A stretch of DNA of 60,796 bases, counting the filler, from Stramenopiles sp. TOSAG23-6 (taxonomy: Eukaryota), in the NCBI GenBank assembly GCA_900128565.1. It is 2 parts of 2 records of this genome, joined end to end, with 100 filler letters (N's around TTAATTAATTAA, not from the genome) between each part and the next. Parts side by side here need not be neighbours in the genome. Positions count along the whole stretch, not along the records: positions 1 to 30,570 come from LT635966.1; 1 more part is not named here. One strand, written 5' to 3'. Made by a program: the position numbers and the translations under genes. Shown here piece by piece: positions 10,005-20,411 of this stretch. The first letter of the stretch is position 1. The number at the start of each line of letters is the position of its first letter. The notes beneath the pieces are model-generated. The model did no database searches and was not told the DNA's origin. It saw only the letters and a list, made by a program, of their open reading frames with translations.

Positions 10005-12980
10005 TTATGACAACAACACTCCTGCATTACGAATATAAATCTGAAGTAGATTTTGTTGGTCTACTGCGAGACTCTTTTGGATTAGATTACCAACTGTTCC
10101 AGGACAAGTTTTACTAAATTCAGCCATTTTTTGGGCTAAATAAGATTTCAAATCTTTTGGAATATCACTAAATGGAATACTTTTATCACTGCCTGCAAAT
10201 GACAGTTTTGAAAACCCAGCAGATGACATATATTCAATTTCTTCTGCTCCAACTACATCTTCCCCAATATCACCAGATCCTGTTTCTCCTTCCAATACCT
10301 GAATTAAAGCAGAAAGAATAGGACCCCATAAGGCGCTTTGTGGACCATTTGGAGAAATTTCGGGAGTTGAGCATAGAAGTGCCGTCATACCAATTGCACA
10401 ACAGCGTCTATGATTCGGATTTGTTAGCTTTACAACATTTGATACCCAAACTTGATTTACGAGCATTGTGAACATACCTGCTCGCAAACCTTCTATGATC
10501 CCAATAGTCTTTGACGCACCGTATTTGCCAAAAAAAGTTCCATAAAATGGAAGCAATACATAGGGGAATTTAATACTTTTCTTCTTTGCAGCAAGCTTCA
10601 TCATCAGTAATCGATTTATCTCTGGAAGAAAATTCGCAAACGATGCCGGATTCATTTCAGATACGAAAGAAGTAATCAATGAGAGAGCGTGAACTTCCGT
10701 CGCTTTAGAAGCTAATAATTTTTGAAATACTCCAAGAATACCAGAAACAATTGCTTGATCATTGCCAATACTACTTGAACCGCGTTTCATATATGCCTGT
10801 AATAATGCGACTAATGCCGGAACATTTCCACGTCGTTCCCATTGTGAGGGGTGGATTAATTTTGGTAGCAGAGCTGCAAATGGAGGAGTTATTCCAGCAG
10901 GGTTAGCACTGAGTAATTGTGCCATTATTTGAAATACGTAAGGTGTAAATTCTACAACATCTGTCTTCAAAATAAATTCAAATGGAGGGAAAAGTGCAGC
11001 TTGAAAAGCGTCTGCTGATTTTGGTTTGGCTTTACAAGTATTTTTAACGAGAACAGCTAATGTTTCAAACATGTAATGGTTGAATTTTGGATGTCCAGGA
11101 TTTGCACAAACCTTTTGTACAATTGCAGTAATTTTTGAAAGAACAGTTTCGATATAGGGTGCAACATCAGTACCACCTACACTAATTACTCGCATAATGC
11201 AACGCATCACATAATCATTCTCTAAAGGTTTACCAGATATCATAGATTGCTCTAATATTCCAAATAATGACACAAGAAGTTGTTGTAAGAAAGGTTGAAG
11301 TGCAACACGTCCAAATCGTAAAGTTGGTCTTTGTCCTTCCACTCGATCCTTTTGAACAAGAAATCGTTCAATACAGTTTGCTGCGTACGTGTGAACAACG
11401 TAATGGCGAGAACCTAAAAATTTAAGAATCATAGGAAATAATGATGAATAGTGAGCTTTTGTCATTTGCGTACGAAATGTTGTTGTGAATTTAAGAGCAT
11501 CTGCTTTCAGTACAGGCGAAGCATTAATATCTCCAGATTGAATCTCTGGAATTACATAAGAAGTAAAGAACGACATTACACCTTCATGTTTAATACCGTC
11601 ATTTAATCGGGTTACGCCATGTTGTCTTGTAAATGCTCTTATAGACAAAGCCATAAATAAGTTCATCGCAGAATCCTTTGCTTTCCAATTAGCAGTGTTT
11701 GAAGTATACTGTTGCAATAAATCACTTATTGAAGCCATACAAAGAGGTGTCACACTTGTTTCAAAAAGACGACATAATGCTCTTACTAAATCACATGCAG
11801 CTCGTCTTCGTGTATCTGTATCAGATCCTTCGATATCAGTGCGAATGTATGCAACAGGATTATCTTCTAATAGCTCTTCATCAACTTCACGAAGAGCAAC
11901 ATTAGGAACAATTATAGTTTTAATGATACTTTCTAATGCACCTGGACCAGAAAACACAGACGAATGAGCCTGTTTGACAACTACTGCAGATAAAAAGTTC
12001 ATTGAAGCAGTTACTAACTTATCGTACTTTGGTTGTGCCCCTGAGGCAGTCAGTAATTTCCATACACTCCCAGCAAACTTTTGGAAAAATGGTTGAAATT
12101 CCTCCTCATATTTTCCAGCATAAAGATTTACATTTTTTAATATTGCTTTTTTCAATTTAAGAGTTATATCTGCTTCATATTCTTCACCTGCATCTTCCAA
12201 TAAAGGATTTGAATACTCAAGAAAATGATGAAAACCTTCGAACCATTCTTTCGCATTATCTTCGAAATATTCAGGAAGATCAAGCCAACAAAGGCTATAG
12301 AAAATTCGTGTCACTGTTCGCAATGCTTGAAAGACACACTCCAAAGCCGCTTTATTCGCAGCATGTTGGGCTGCCATTTTACGTAACATTCTAAACATCT
12401 GTAACAAAGGCTCGGCAAATTGTTTTAAAGCAATACTCAAAGGGTATCGATTTTCATCTGTATTTGGAACATTGCGGAAACGTTTGCAAATAGCGTTTGC
12501 AGTTTCGAGAACTGCGTTGATGACGTTGAAATCTTGAGTATTAAACTTTGAAACTAACTCAGGCAATAGAGAATTCCATTTATCAGGGAAATCTGTCTTT
12601 GATATTATTGTGATAGATGCACTCAACTGTCGTTGAATAATTTGAGGAACATGGCACATAAGGTTCACTAAAATTGTCTTTATGACATTCCTGTCGGCAT
12701 CAACTATGGGACTATTCTCTTTCTCCGAGTCCTCATCAGGTGCCCATCGTTTTGAAATTGTATTTTTGAAAAGAACAGCAGCACTCTGGCGAAGAGATTT
12801 ACTTTTTACATCAGCTCCATTTGTCACTTCAACCATTTTCAATACAAGCACTGGGAAACCTGCGTGGTGTGACACGCTATTCAAGTAGCTCTCAGCAGCA
12901 TCACGTGTTGCTTTATCTGTGGATAAAGTATGAAGGAGCTTGTCCGATAAATGATCCATATGTTGTTTATTAATCTCCAT
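10005..12980 (-). CDS. CSE1: Exportin-2 (importin-alpha re-exporter)
   Basis: IBN_N domain (AESYL..RQSAAVLFKN), DLPEYFED, IRTDIEGSDTDTRRRAACDLV, ENDYVMRCIMRV, PKFNHYMFE; probable start MEINK at 12980. Confidence 0.95.
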   Translation of the reverse strand: MEINKQHMDHLSDKLLHTLSTDKATRDAAESYLNSVSHHAGFPVLVLKMVEVTNGADVKSKSLRQSAAVLFKNTISKRWAPDEDSEKENSPIVDADRNVIKTILVNLMCHVPQIIQRQLSASITIISKTDFPDKWNSLLPELVSKFNTQDFNVINAVLETANAICKRFRNVPNTDENRYPLSIALKQFAEPLLQMFRMLRKMAAQHAANKAALECVFQALRTVTRIFYSLCWLDLPEYFEDNAKEWFEGFHHFLEYSNPLLEDAGEEYEADITLKLKKAILKNVNLYAGKYEEEFQPFFQKFAGSVWKLLTASGAQPKYDKLVTASMNFLSAVVVKQAHSSVFSGPGALESIIKTIIVPNVALREVDEELLEDNPVAYIRTDIEGSDTDTRRRAACDLVRALCRLFETSVTPLCMASISDLLQQYTSNTANWKAKDSAMNLFMALSIRAFTRQHGVTRLNDGIKHEGVMSFFTSYVIPEIQSGDINASPVLKADALKFTTTFRTQMTKAHYSSLFPMILKFLGSRHYVVHTYAANCIERFLVQKDRVEGQRPTLRFGRVALQPFLQQLLVSLFGILEQSMISGKPLENDYVMRCIMRVISVGGTDVAPYIETVLSKITAIVQKVCANPGHPKFNHYMFETLAVLVKNTCKAKPKSADAFQAALFPPFEFILKTDVVEFTPYVFQIMAQLLSANPAGITPPFAALLPKLIHPSQWERRGNVPALVALLQAYMKRGSSSIGNDQAIVSGILGVFQKLLASKATEVHALSLITSFVSEMNPASFANFLPEINRLLMMKLAAKKKSIKFPYVLLPFYGTFFGKYGASKTIGIIEGLRAGMFTMLVNQVWVSNVVKLTNPNHRRCCAIGMTALLCSTPEISPNGPQSALWGPILSALIQVLEGETGSGDIGEDVVGAEEIEYMSSAGFSKLSFAGSDKSIPFSDIPKDLKSYLAQKMAEFSKTCPGTVGNLIQKSLAVDQQNLLQIYIRNAGVLLS

Positions 12981-13161
12981 TGCAACGACAAATAATGTGT
13001 GTAACACAACTGAATTACTTTTCACGCTCGATTCGTGCTGCTTTGATCACTGACACTTGGCTATTGAATATTTTGAAAAGGTAGGCGAGAGTGTCGTGTC
13101 GAGATGATGACCTTTGCTTTGGCTTTGACACGCGGAAGAATTTTGAGAGAATAAGCGATTC

Positions 13162-13190
13162 TTGACTAGGGTTAGGGTTAGGGTAGTCAA
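13162..13190. repeat. Three telomere-type (T)TAGGG units bracketed by the inverted arms ttgacta/tagtcaa in a divergent promoter
   Basis: ttgactagggttagggttagggtagtcaa. Confidence 0.6.
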
Positions 13191-13303
13191 ATTCGTCAAA
13201 TTCATTGCTCGCTCTCCTCCTTCACTTCCTTCACTTCGAACTCTTTAACAACATTGTTTTTTGGAAATCAAAAAGAACATCACAAAGGAATAAAATTTAA
13301 CAA

Positions 13304-14173
13304 ATGGTTGTAGAAAATGATATGTATAGTATCAGATGGGATATGCTTCAATCGTCACTTGATAAAAGAAATGATGTGTTGCTTGAGGAAAAAAAAAATA
13401 TAGAGAAAACAAAGGAATCCTTACTTATTTTAGGAAGGGAGCTAAAAAAGGCTCAACTCTCTTTAGAAAGAGAGAAATTTAAGGTTTCTGCGTCAGAAAC
13501 TACATTGAAATGGCGACAATCATATACAAATGGTCAATTTACTGATACTTGTGTTGCACTTAAAAATATGCGTGCGCGTAGAATACATATTTTGGAACGC
13601 AAAGTTATAGCTGCTACAATTAGAAAAGAAATTATGGAACGTCAGCATGCGTCTGCCTCAGTTAACTTTGCACGTCATTTTGAATTGCATGAATCGTCAA
13701 AAGTAAACTTTAATAGAATATTTGAGAAATGTAAAGGATCTGATGAAAATGATGACTTTATTCTCGAAAATAATGGATTATTTGAAATTCCCACACTTCC
13801 TACAGTAACGCTAATTATGACTACAGGTGATTTTTCGTCACACTCACAAGTCAAAATACACTGTGCAGAAGTCCACAGTTGGGTGAGTACATTGATTCTT
13901 GGTGCATCTGTGAGCAATGAAAGTGATCAGATGAATTCTAGTTTTGATGCGCTCTCAAGGTTAGAAGTTGTTGATGCACTGAACGCTCCGTTAAGAGTGA
14001 GTGAATTATCTCTTATGAGTGACGTCAGAAATACCGAAAATGAATATCCTCAGCTTTTCATTGACGTCATCCACGTAGGTGGTTATGATAAAGTCTATGA
14101 TCTGAATGAAGAAGGGAAATTAAAAAAGTTTTTGAACGAACCGGGAGCATTTCGTAGAGAAACATCTAACTAA
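13304..14173 (+). CDS. Hypothetical coiled-coil protein (289 aa)
   Basis: Long ORF with a heptad-rich N-terminal half. Confidence 0.7.
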   Translation: MVVENDMYSIRWDMLQSSLDKRNDVLLEEKKNIEKTKESLLILGRELKKAQLSLEREKFKVSASETTLKWRQSYTNGQFTDTCVALKNMRARRIHILERKVIAATIRKEIMERQHASASVNFARHFELHESSKVNFNRIFEKCKGSDENDDFILENNGLFEIPTLPTVTLIMTTGDFSSHSQVKIHCAEVHSWVSTLILGASVSNESDQMNSSFDALSRLEVVDALNAPLRVSELSLMSDVRNTENEYPQLFIDVIHVGGYDKVYDLNEEGKLKKFLNEPGAFRRETSN

Positions 14174-14199
14174 AATTTGTTTATTATAATATAGTACAT

Positions 14200-16068
14200 T
14201 TACAACTCAAATTGTTTCTGGAGTTTTGTTTGATTAATAGTGATTTTTACAAAAAGATATAAAAAAAAAATTAAAAATGCAAAGACACATAGCTTATAAA
14301 AACTTTGATCATTTTCCTTCTGAAGTTTTTCAGGATCTCCAGATGTTGCTGTGACTTTAATACATCCTGAAGCATTGACTGTGAATTCGACATTTACAGC
14401 TACAGCTCCTGCTTTTCCACGACTTGATTTTGAAATAGGAAAATCAAATTGTGTTATATAGTTACATTGAGAAAGAGGAACACCTTGACCATCTACTATA
14501 TGTTTTGAATGAATACATTCACCCTTTTCATATACATTTACCGACACACCTGCTTGATTATCTTCTGCAGTATAAAATATATGATGTGCAGTACATGGAA
14601 TATGTGAATTTTTTGGAATGATTGGAATAAAACTTCCACAATCTGATCCAACTCCTAATGCTTGTGGTATCACATCAAACATCAATACATCATTAAGTAC
14701 AGACTTGCTTTGACCAGAAAGAATTGCTGCCTTAATTGCAGCTCCTTCTGCGACAACTTCATCTACATTAATGGCTGTGCAAAGCTCTTTACTATTGAAT
14801 AACTTAGACAGTTCTGTGCGAACTTTCAGCATTTGTGTGGAACCACCGACAAGGACAACCTCTTGAACATCTGACGGTTTAAGTGATGCAGCATCAAGGC
14901 ATTTTTGTGTCTCCGATAAGCATCGTGAAATTAAGGGAGCACACACACGATCCATGTCTGACCGACTAAATCGCACACTATAAAAGTTTTTATTATTTGT
15001 TGTATTATTTGAATTTGGTACAGAATTATCGCATATATTGTTACCTTCTTCCCATTTTATGTCAACTTCATTGCAATTTATCTCTGATAATTTACACTTG
15101 GCTAATTCACAAGCACGTAAAAGAGAATGCAAGTCAGAATTTGAGTAATCACCCTTACGCTGTGTAGATTTTGAAAATTTACTTTTTTTCAATTTACTTT
15201 TTGAAGTTTTACTTTTAAAACTGCCTTTTGAATCATGAAGCATCCTAATAACTTCTTGTGCAATGAGTAAATCAAAATCAACTCCGCCTAAATGGGTATC
15301 ACCAGAAGTTGCAAGAACTGTGAATTTACCATTATCTATATGTAATGCTGCTACATCGAAGGTTCCACCCCCCAAGTCAAATACAACTATATTCTTCCTA
15401 CCAGCAACAAATAATCCATATGCGACAGCAGCTGCAGTGGGTTCACTAAATAATTCAATTTCAGTAAACCCAGCTCGCAATGCAGCACTACGTGTTGCTA
15501 AACGCTGTGAATAATTGAAATATGCTGGAACAGTGACGACGGCACTACGGACTTTTTGACCTAAAAAAGTCTCTGCTTTTTCTCTCAAATGAGCTAGTAT
15601 CTTTCCAGAAACTTCTTCTGGAAGAAATTCATGTTTTCTACCATTGTGATCAATTTCGATACATAGNTCACTCACTTGGTCAGTGTCACCATAACGCTTC
15701 GTACGGGGTTTGATAGAAAACGGCAGAGTTTCTAGTTGTAACTGAACCTCAGAGTCATCAAAGTGTCGACCGATAAAACGTTTAACATTATACATACCAC
15801 ACATAGGATTCTTTTCTATTAAAGCTTTTGCATCTAAACCAAATATTGGTGAAGAAATCTCGTGGTCTGGTGAGAATGCCAATATTGATGGCATTGTGCT
15901 TTTATCAGTTTCTATATCTCCAATAATCTTGACTTGTTTTTCATGAGCCAACCAAACTGCAACACAAGAGTTTGTCGTTCCCAAGTCAATTCCTACAGCA
16001 ATATTTACATTATCCGTAAATCGGCGCGCTGCCCAAATATCGCGATGTTCCGATGCCTTAGCTGCCAT
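14200..16068 (-). CDS. Atypical HSP70-family protein with no lid and a C-terminal TM segment
   Basis: GIDLGTTNS, TVPAYF, EPTAAA, VFDLGGGTFDV, DTHLGGVDFD, VLVGGST; ends with CVFAFLIFFLYLFV; no EEVD. Confidence 0.9.
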   Translation of the reverse strand: MAAKASEHRDIWAARRFTDNVNIAVGIDLGTTNSCVAVWLAHEKQVKIIGDIETDKSTMPSILAFSPDHEISSPIFGLDAKALIEKNPMCGMYNVKRFIGRHFDDSEVQLQLETLPFSIKPRTKRYGDTDQVSXLCIEIDHNGRKHEFLPEEVSGKILAHLREKAETFLGQKVRSAVVTVPAYFNYSQRLATRSAALRAGFTEIELFSEPTAAAVAYGLFVAGRKNIVVFDLGGGTFDVAALHIDNGKFTVLATSGDTHLGGVDFDLLIAQEVIRMLHDSKGSFKSKTSKSKLKKSKFSKSTQRKGDYSNSDLHSLLRACELAKCKLSEINCNEVDIKWEEGNNICDNSVPNSNNTTNNKNFYSVRFSRSDMDRVCAPLISRCLSETQKCLDAASLKPSDVQEVVLVGGSTQMLKVRTELSKLFNSKELCTAINVDEVVAEGAAIKAAILSGQSKSVLNDVLMFDVIPQALGVGSDCGSFIPIIPKNSHIPCTAHHIFYTAEDNQAGVSVNVYEKGECIHSKHIVDGQGVPLSQCNYITQFDFPISKSSRGKAGAVAVNVEFTVNASGCIKVTATSGDPEKLQKENDQSFYKLCVFAFLIFFLYLFVKITINQTKLQKQFEL

Positions 16069-16220
16069 TAGTTGATATAGCTGTAAGACAGAAATTCTAT
16101 ATTATCACTTGTTGAACACTTAAAAAATTAGGAATAGAAGTGGACGAAATTGCTGTGTTGACAACGCGTTGACAACTTCGCGAATCTCGACACGACACGA
16201 AATCTCATCAATTTGGTCGT

Positions 16221-16229
16221 TACCGGGTA
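16221..16229. promoter_or_regulatory. Recurrent upstream motif TACCGGGTA (also at 44446, 50733, 60329, 60351)
   Basis: Five copies seen, all intergenic and upstream of start codons. Confidence 0.5.
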
Positions 16230-16327
16230 TCGTGGGTGCGTTTTCTTTTCAGTTCAGATCACACACGTGACATGCGCAAAACATGTGTTTCGCTTACGAA
16301 GAAGATTTGTAGAAAATTAACTTCATC

Positions 16328-18517
16328 ATGTTTCTTAAAAGTACTCCCCAATCCATATGGAGCACGGCATTGCGTCGATGCATTAATCCGGTAGTAGCTG
16401 AATCTCATGTGCGTGCTTTGAGCACTGCTATGAACAATCTAGAAGCTTTTGAGGCTAGTTTATCACGTGATTTACTCAGCGAAGTTGACCATGGTAGAAC
16501 TAAAGAACCGAAGACAGTTTTATCTGATTGGCGTGAGCAAGCTGCAAAGGGCAATGCAATTCAGTTAGATGGGTTAACATCGTCACCTGTATCTAATTTT
16601 TCTCTTGCTGGTAATCTTTCAAAACAACTCAAAGCTGCTGGTATCGAAGAACTATTCCCTGTTCAAGCACAGTCGTTTGAAATGCTTACTGCTGGTCGTG
16701 ACGTTGTTGGTAAATCTCCTACAGGTTCGGGTAAAACACTTGCATTTGCACTACCTGCAGTTGACATGCTTTTACGGGATCCAGATAATACTCGTGGTCG
16801 TGCACCTCGTGTTCTTGTTGTTGCTCCTACCAGAGAGCTTGCACGCCAAGTCGAGAAAGAATTTGTCAGAATTGGCGGTCGTTTTGTATCGACTCTTTCT
16901 GTATATGGAGGTACATCATATGATACACAGATCAATGCATTTAGAAATGGTGTAGATGTTGTTGTAGCAACACCTGGGAGATTAATTGATCATATTAATC
17001 GTGGTACAGTAGACCTGAGTGATATTAATGTAGTAGTTTTAGACGAATCTGACGAAATGCTCAAAATGGGTTTCAAGGATGATGTTGAGAAAATTATGAA
17101 TGTACTTCCTCCTCCTCGTAAAATCGATGTTAATGGCAATGTTGATGTGAATGAGCATGGTAGACAAATGATGTTATGGTCTGCGACAGTTCCAAGTTGG
17201 GTGAAACATGTTGCTAAACGATATATGGAAACTCCTGTAACATTAGACCTTGTTGGTCAAGGTAGTAGTCATCGTATTCCTCAGACTGTGCAACATATGG
17301 CGTATACATCTACTAATGATAACAAGATTAATTTTCTTAACCGGATCATTAAAAATCATACTAGTCCACATGGAAGAGTTTTAGTTTTTTCAAACACAAA
17401 AATGGAATGTAATGAATTGGCTTTAAGTCCTGAAATGGCATCAAGAGTAAAGCCACTTCATGGAGATTTAAGTCAAAATATACGTGAACGTACATTAAAA
17501 GATTTTCGTGATGGACGGACTAAAGTTGTTGTTGCCACTGATGTAGCTGCAAGAGGTATTGATGTACCTGATGTTGAATTAGTTGTTCACTTTTCAATGC
17601 CAGGTCAAGGTGGGGATGAAACATTTGTTCATCGTACAGGTCGAACAGGGCGAATGGGGAAAGATGGTACCAATGTAATGCTTATCAATGCCAGCGAAAT
17701 CACAGAGGCTAACCGTATGGGTAAAGAGTTAGACATTGATATAAAATTCCCGCGTATTCCAAATGAAAATGAAGGGAATGAAGTAACTATGTTAAATCAT
17801 GGATTGCGAAAACTTATCAATAGTAAAGCTGCTAAAATGCCTTCATCTATATCTGACGATGTATACAATTCTGCTGATAAACTTATTGAAAATTGTGGAA
17901 ATGAACGTGAAGCGTTAGCTGTAGCACTTTCTGAAATTGCAGGTATCAACCAAGAATCATTTTCTATCTTAAATGGACGAAAAAACTTCAATACAATTCA
18001 ACTTTCTTCAAAGTCTCAATCTTTCGATAATCAAAGAAGAGTTCAACGATTTATGGATTCCTATATGCAACACCAGGAAAAAATTGGTAGTATAAAGTTA
18101 CTTCAGGACAAGTCAGGTGCTGTAATGGACGTGGATCCTATTGTAGCTGCTCGCCTCCTTAGTGAAGATTCTGAATTGTTTTCAGAAATCAATGAACTTC
18201 CAAAACTTTTGGAAGAACCAACATACAATAATAACCGTGGAGGCAATCGTGGCGGATATGGCCAAAATCGTGGTGGAAACCGTGGTGGTGGTTATGGTGG
18301 AAACCGTGGTGGTGGTTATGGTAGAAACCGTGGTGGTGGTTATGGTGGAAACCGTGGTGGTGGTTATGGTGGAAACCGTGGTGGTGGTAATGGTGGAAAC
18401 CGTGGTGGTGGTTATGGTGGAAACCGTGGTGGTGGTTATGGTGGACGTAATCGCGGTAATGGTGGACGTAATCGCGGTGGTCATCGGGGTAACCAAGGGA
18501 ATCTTTTCCGGTGGTAA
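16328..18517 (+). CDS. DEAD-box RNA helicase, DDX21/RH3-like, with a GUCT-like domain and RGG tail; likely organelle presequence
   Basis: Q motif LFPVQ, SPTGSGKT, PTRELA, TPGR, DESD, SAT, ARGID, HRTGRTGR; 21-nt GGYGGNR repeats at about 18235-18480. Confidence 0.92.
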   Translation: MFLKSTPQSIWSTALRRCINPVVAESHVRALSTAMNNLEAFEASLSRDLLSEVDHGRTKEPKTVLSDWREQAAKGNAIQLDGLTSSPVSNFSLAGNLSKQLKAAGIEELFPVQAQSFEMLTAGRDVVGKSPTGSGKTLAFALPAVDMLLRDPDNTRGRAPRVLVVAPTRELARQVEKEFVRIGGRFVSTLSVYGGTSYDTQINAFRNGVDVVVATPGRLIDHINRGTVDLSDINVVVLDESDEMLKMGFKDDVEKIMNVLPPPRKIDVNGNVDVNEHGRQMMLWSATVPSWVKHVAKRYMETPVTLDLVGQGSSHRIPQTVQHMAYTSTNDNKINFLNRIIKNHTSPHGRVLVFSNTKMECNELALSPEMASRVKPLHGDLSQNIRERTLKDFRDGRTKVVVATDVAARGIDVPDVELVVHFSMPGQGGDETFVHRTGRTGRMGKDGTNVMLINASEITEANRMGKELDIDIKFPRIPNENEGNEVTMLNHGLRKLINSKAAKMPSSISDDVYNSADKLIENCGNEREALAVALSEIAGINQESFSILNGRKNFNTIQLSSKSQSFDNQRRVQRFMDSYMQHQEKIGSIKLLQDKSGAVMDVDPIVAARLLSEDSELFSEINELPKLLEEPTYNNNRGGNRGGYGQNRGGNRGGGYGGNRGGGYGRNRGGGYGGNRGGGYGGNRGGGNGGNRGGGYGGNRGGGYGGRNRGNGGRNRGGHRGNQGNLFRW

Positions 18518-18822
18518 AAAAAACCAATGGAAGCTTTTCCGGTGGTAAAAAATATAAATCTAGTTCACTTGCAGAATATAGATTACTTACTGTAATAATT
18601 AAGTGACAGTTTGAGCATGAATACATTTTTTATTATTCATCATATATATATAACTATAAAGAATTCAGACAAAGTTAATTTATGTTTTTTTCTTTCATAG
18701 TTTTCGCTTTTACAAGTTCTTAGATTATGGTGTTGAAGTATAATATAGGAATTTGCTGTATTATTTTTCAATATATTGCAATTTGTTACAAAACTTTCTC
18801 TGAGTTTTATCTATGTTTATCA

Positions 18823-19815
18823 CTATGATAAATCCACGTTTTCATGCATTAGTCCTAATTTAGAAGAAATGTAGGCCCCTGCTGTCTGTACTTTTGTACC
18901 CACATTACTCTTGTCATCAAATCTAGTCAATTTAGCATTATAATCACAATTACAAAAGAAAGGAACACTATACCGTGGTTCGACACAGAATTGACGAGCA
19001 CGATGTCGTGTTGACTTATATTTACCATCACTCCAAAAACTCAGCATATCACCCAAATTTACAATGAAACATCCTTCTTTTGGAGGAGCATTCAACCACT
19101 CACCGTTGTTATGAAGAACTTCAAGACCAGGTGCTCCCTGAGCTAAAATTGTCAAAAAGCCACAATCTGTATGCGCCCCACAGCCTTCATCTATCATATT
19201 TTCTTTTGAACAACCCGGATAGCGCAAAAGTACCATTTGAGCACACGGTTGTTTGAGTCTACTGGTGAAAAAAGTAGAGTCTAAACCAAGACTTAATGCA
19301 AGTAGCTTTGCTATTCTTCGCGATAAATTAAGCATCGCCTCAAAGTAGTTGTTCATTGCTTCTTTGAAGTTTTTTACACGTCTCGTCAATGGAAATAAGG
19401 CTTCATTTGGCCAGTTATTATTCCCATGCATAGGGCTTATTCCTAAGCCCTCCGCGCCAATAACAAAAGACTCTTTTTTCTCCTTCTTCTTCTCCTTTAC
19501 TAAAAGTTTCTGTCTCTGTTTGTCACACTTTTCTGAATCTTCACTATCTCCACCACATGTATCAAAATGATTGTCTATTCCCAAATAACCACGCCACAGT
19601 GGATTTTTCTCCGCAGCTAGGATTTCTTTCCCCTCATTTGGGTAGTCCTCAAAAAAGTCTTTCATTGCAGCGAATAACTCAACAACAAGTTTATTTTTAA
19701 CTGAGTGATTACGCACATAAAAGAAACCAGCCTTTTCACAAGCAGCCTTCATCTTCGTTACAATAGCCTCGTCTGCATCAGACAGGTCAATTGTTGGGAT
19801 AATACTAACTTCCAT
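18823..19815 (-). CDS. 2-oxoglutarate/Fe(II) dioxygenase (IPNS-like)
   Basis: IPTIDLS, GFFY, HTDCGFLTIL, NLGDML, STRHR, RYS. Confidence 0.93.
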   Translation of the reverse strand: MEVSIIPTIDLSDADEAIVTKMKAACEKAGFFYVRNHSVKNKLVVELFAAMKDFFEDYPNEGKEILAAEKNPLWRGYLGIDNHFDTCGGDSEDSEKCDKQRQKLLVKEKKKEKKESFVIGAEGLGISPMHGNNNWPNEALFPLTRRVKNFKEAMNNYFEAMLNLSRRIAKLLALSLGLDSTFFTSRLKQPCAQMVLLRYPGCSKENMIDEGCGAHTDCGFLTILAQGAPGLEVLHNNGEWLNAPPKEGCFIVNLGDMLSFWSDGKYKSTRHRARQFCVEPRYSVPFFCNCDYNAKLTRFDDKSNVGTKVQTAGAYISSKLGLMHENVDLS

Positions 19816-19937
19816 TACAGACGACGATGCCGAGCAAAGTGCTATTCAGTACATGCACACTACGAAGATTACTTTACTTCTTTTGTTTTCGCAAGTATTC
19901 ACCAAGAATTTATGATATACTTCGTACGAATTTACAA

Positions 19938-20157
19938 TTACCCTTCACAATATATTGCAAAATTTTGATCCTGAAATCAAACAAAAAATTGCACACGAAA
20001 TCTCAAAAATATTATATATATTAATATAAAGATTGCAAAAAATATTGCAAAAATATTGCAAATATTGCAAAAATATTGCAAATATTGCAAAAAAATTGCA
20101 TTTTCCTAAAATCTGAAATCAAAAAAAAAATTGCATGCAATAAATTGTGAAGGGTAA
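19938..20157. mobile_element. MITE, 220 bp, about 22-bp TIRs, 8-bp TSD ATTTACAA
   Basis: ttacccttcacaatatattgca ... tgcaataaattgtgaagggtaa (one mismatch); ATTTACAA at 19930-19937 and 20158-20165; internal (aaatattgca)n. Confidence 0.8.
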
Positions 20158-20411
20158 ATTTACAAAACAAACAAAGATTTTTTGACAGCAGTCTAAAAAG
20201 CAGGTTTGTCCGTCGAAGAAGTTTCTAGCTTTCGTATCTGTTATGATGAGAAGAAGAATGTTCCACACACAGCTAACAGCCGAATCTACCTTGGAAGCTT
20301 GCTTGGACTTGAATAACTTTAGGAAACTATATATACAATTTATTCGAAGGAACGTGAATTGAATTCAATCTCACTAAATATTTACGATAAATTTCTATAT
20401 TTTAATTAAGG

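Noticed and set aside
18162-18626. Alternative-frame VVVVMVET, TITTTTVS and HHHHGF repeat ORFs
   Set aside because: Shadow frames of the helicase's 21-nt RGG repeat.
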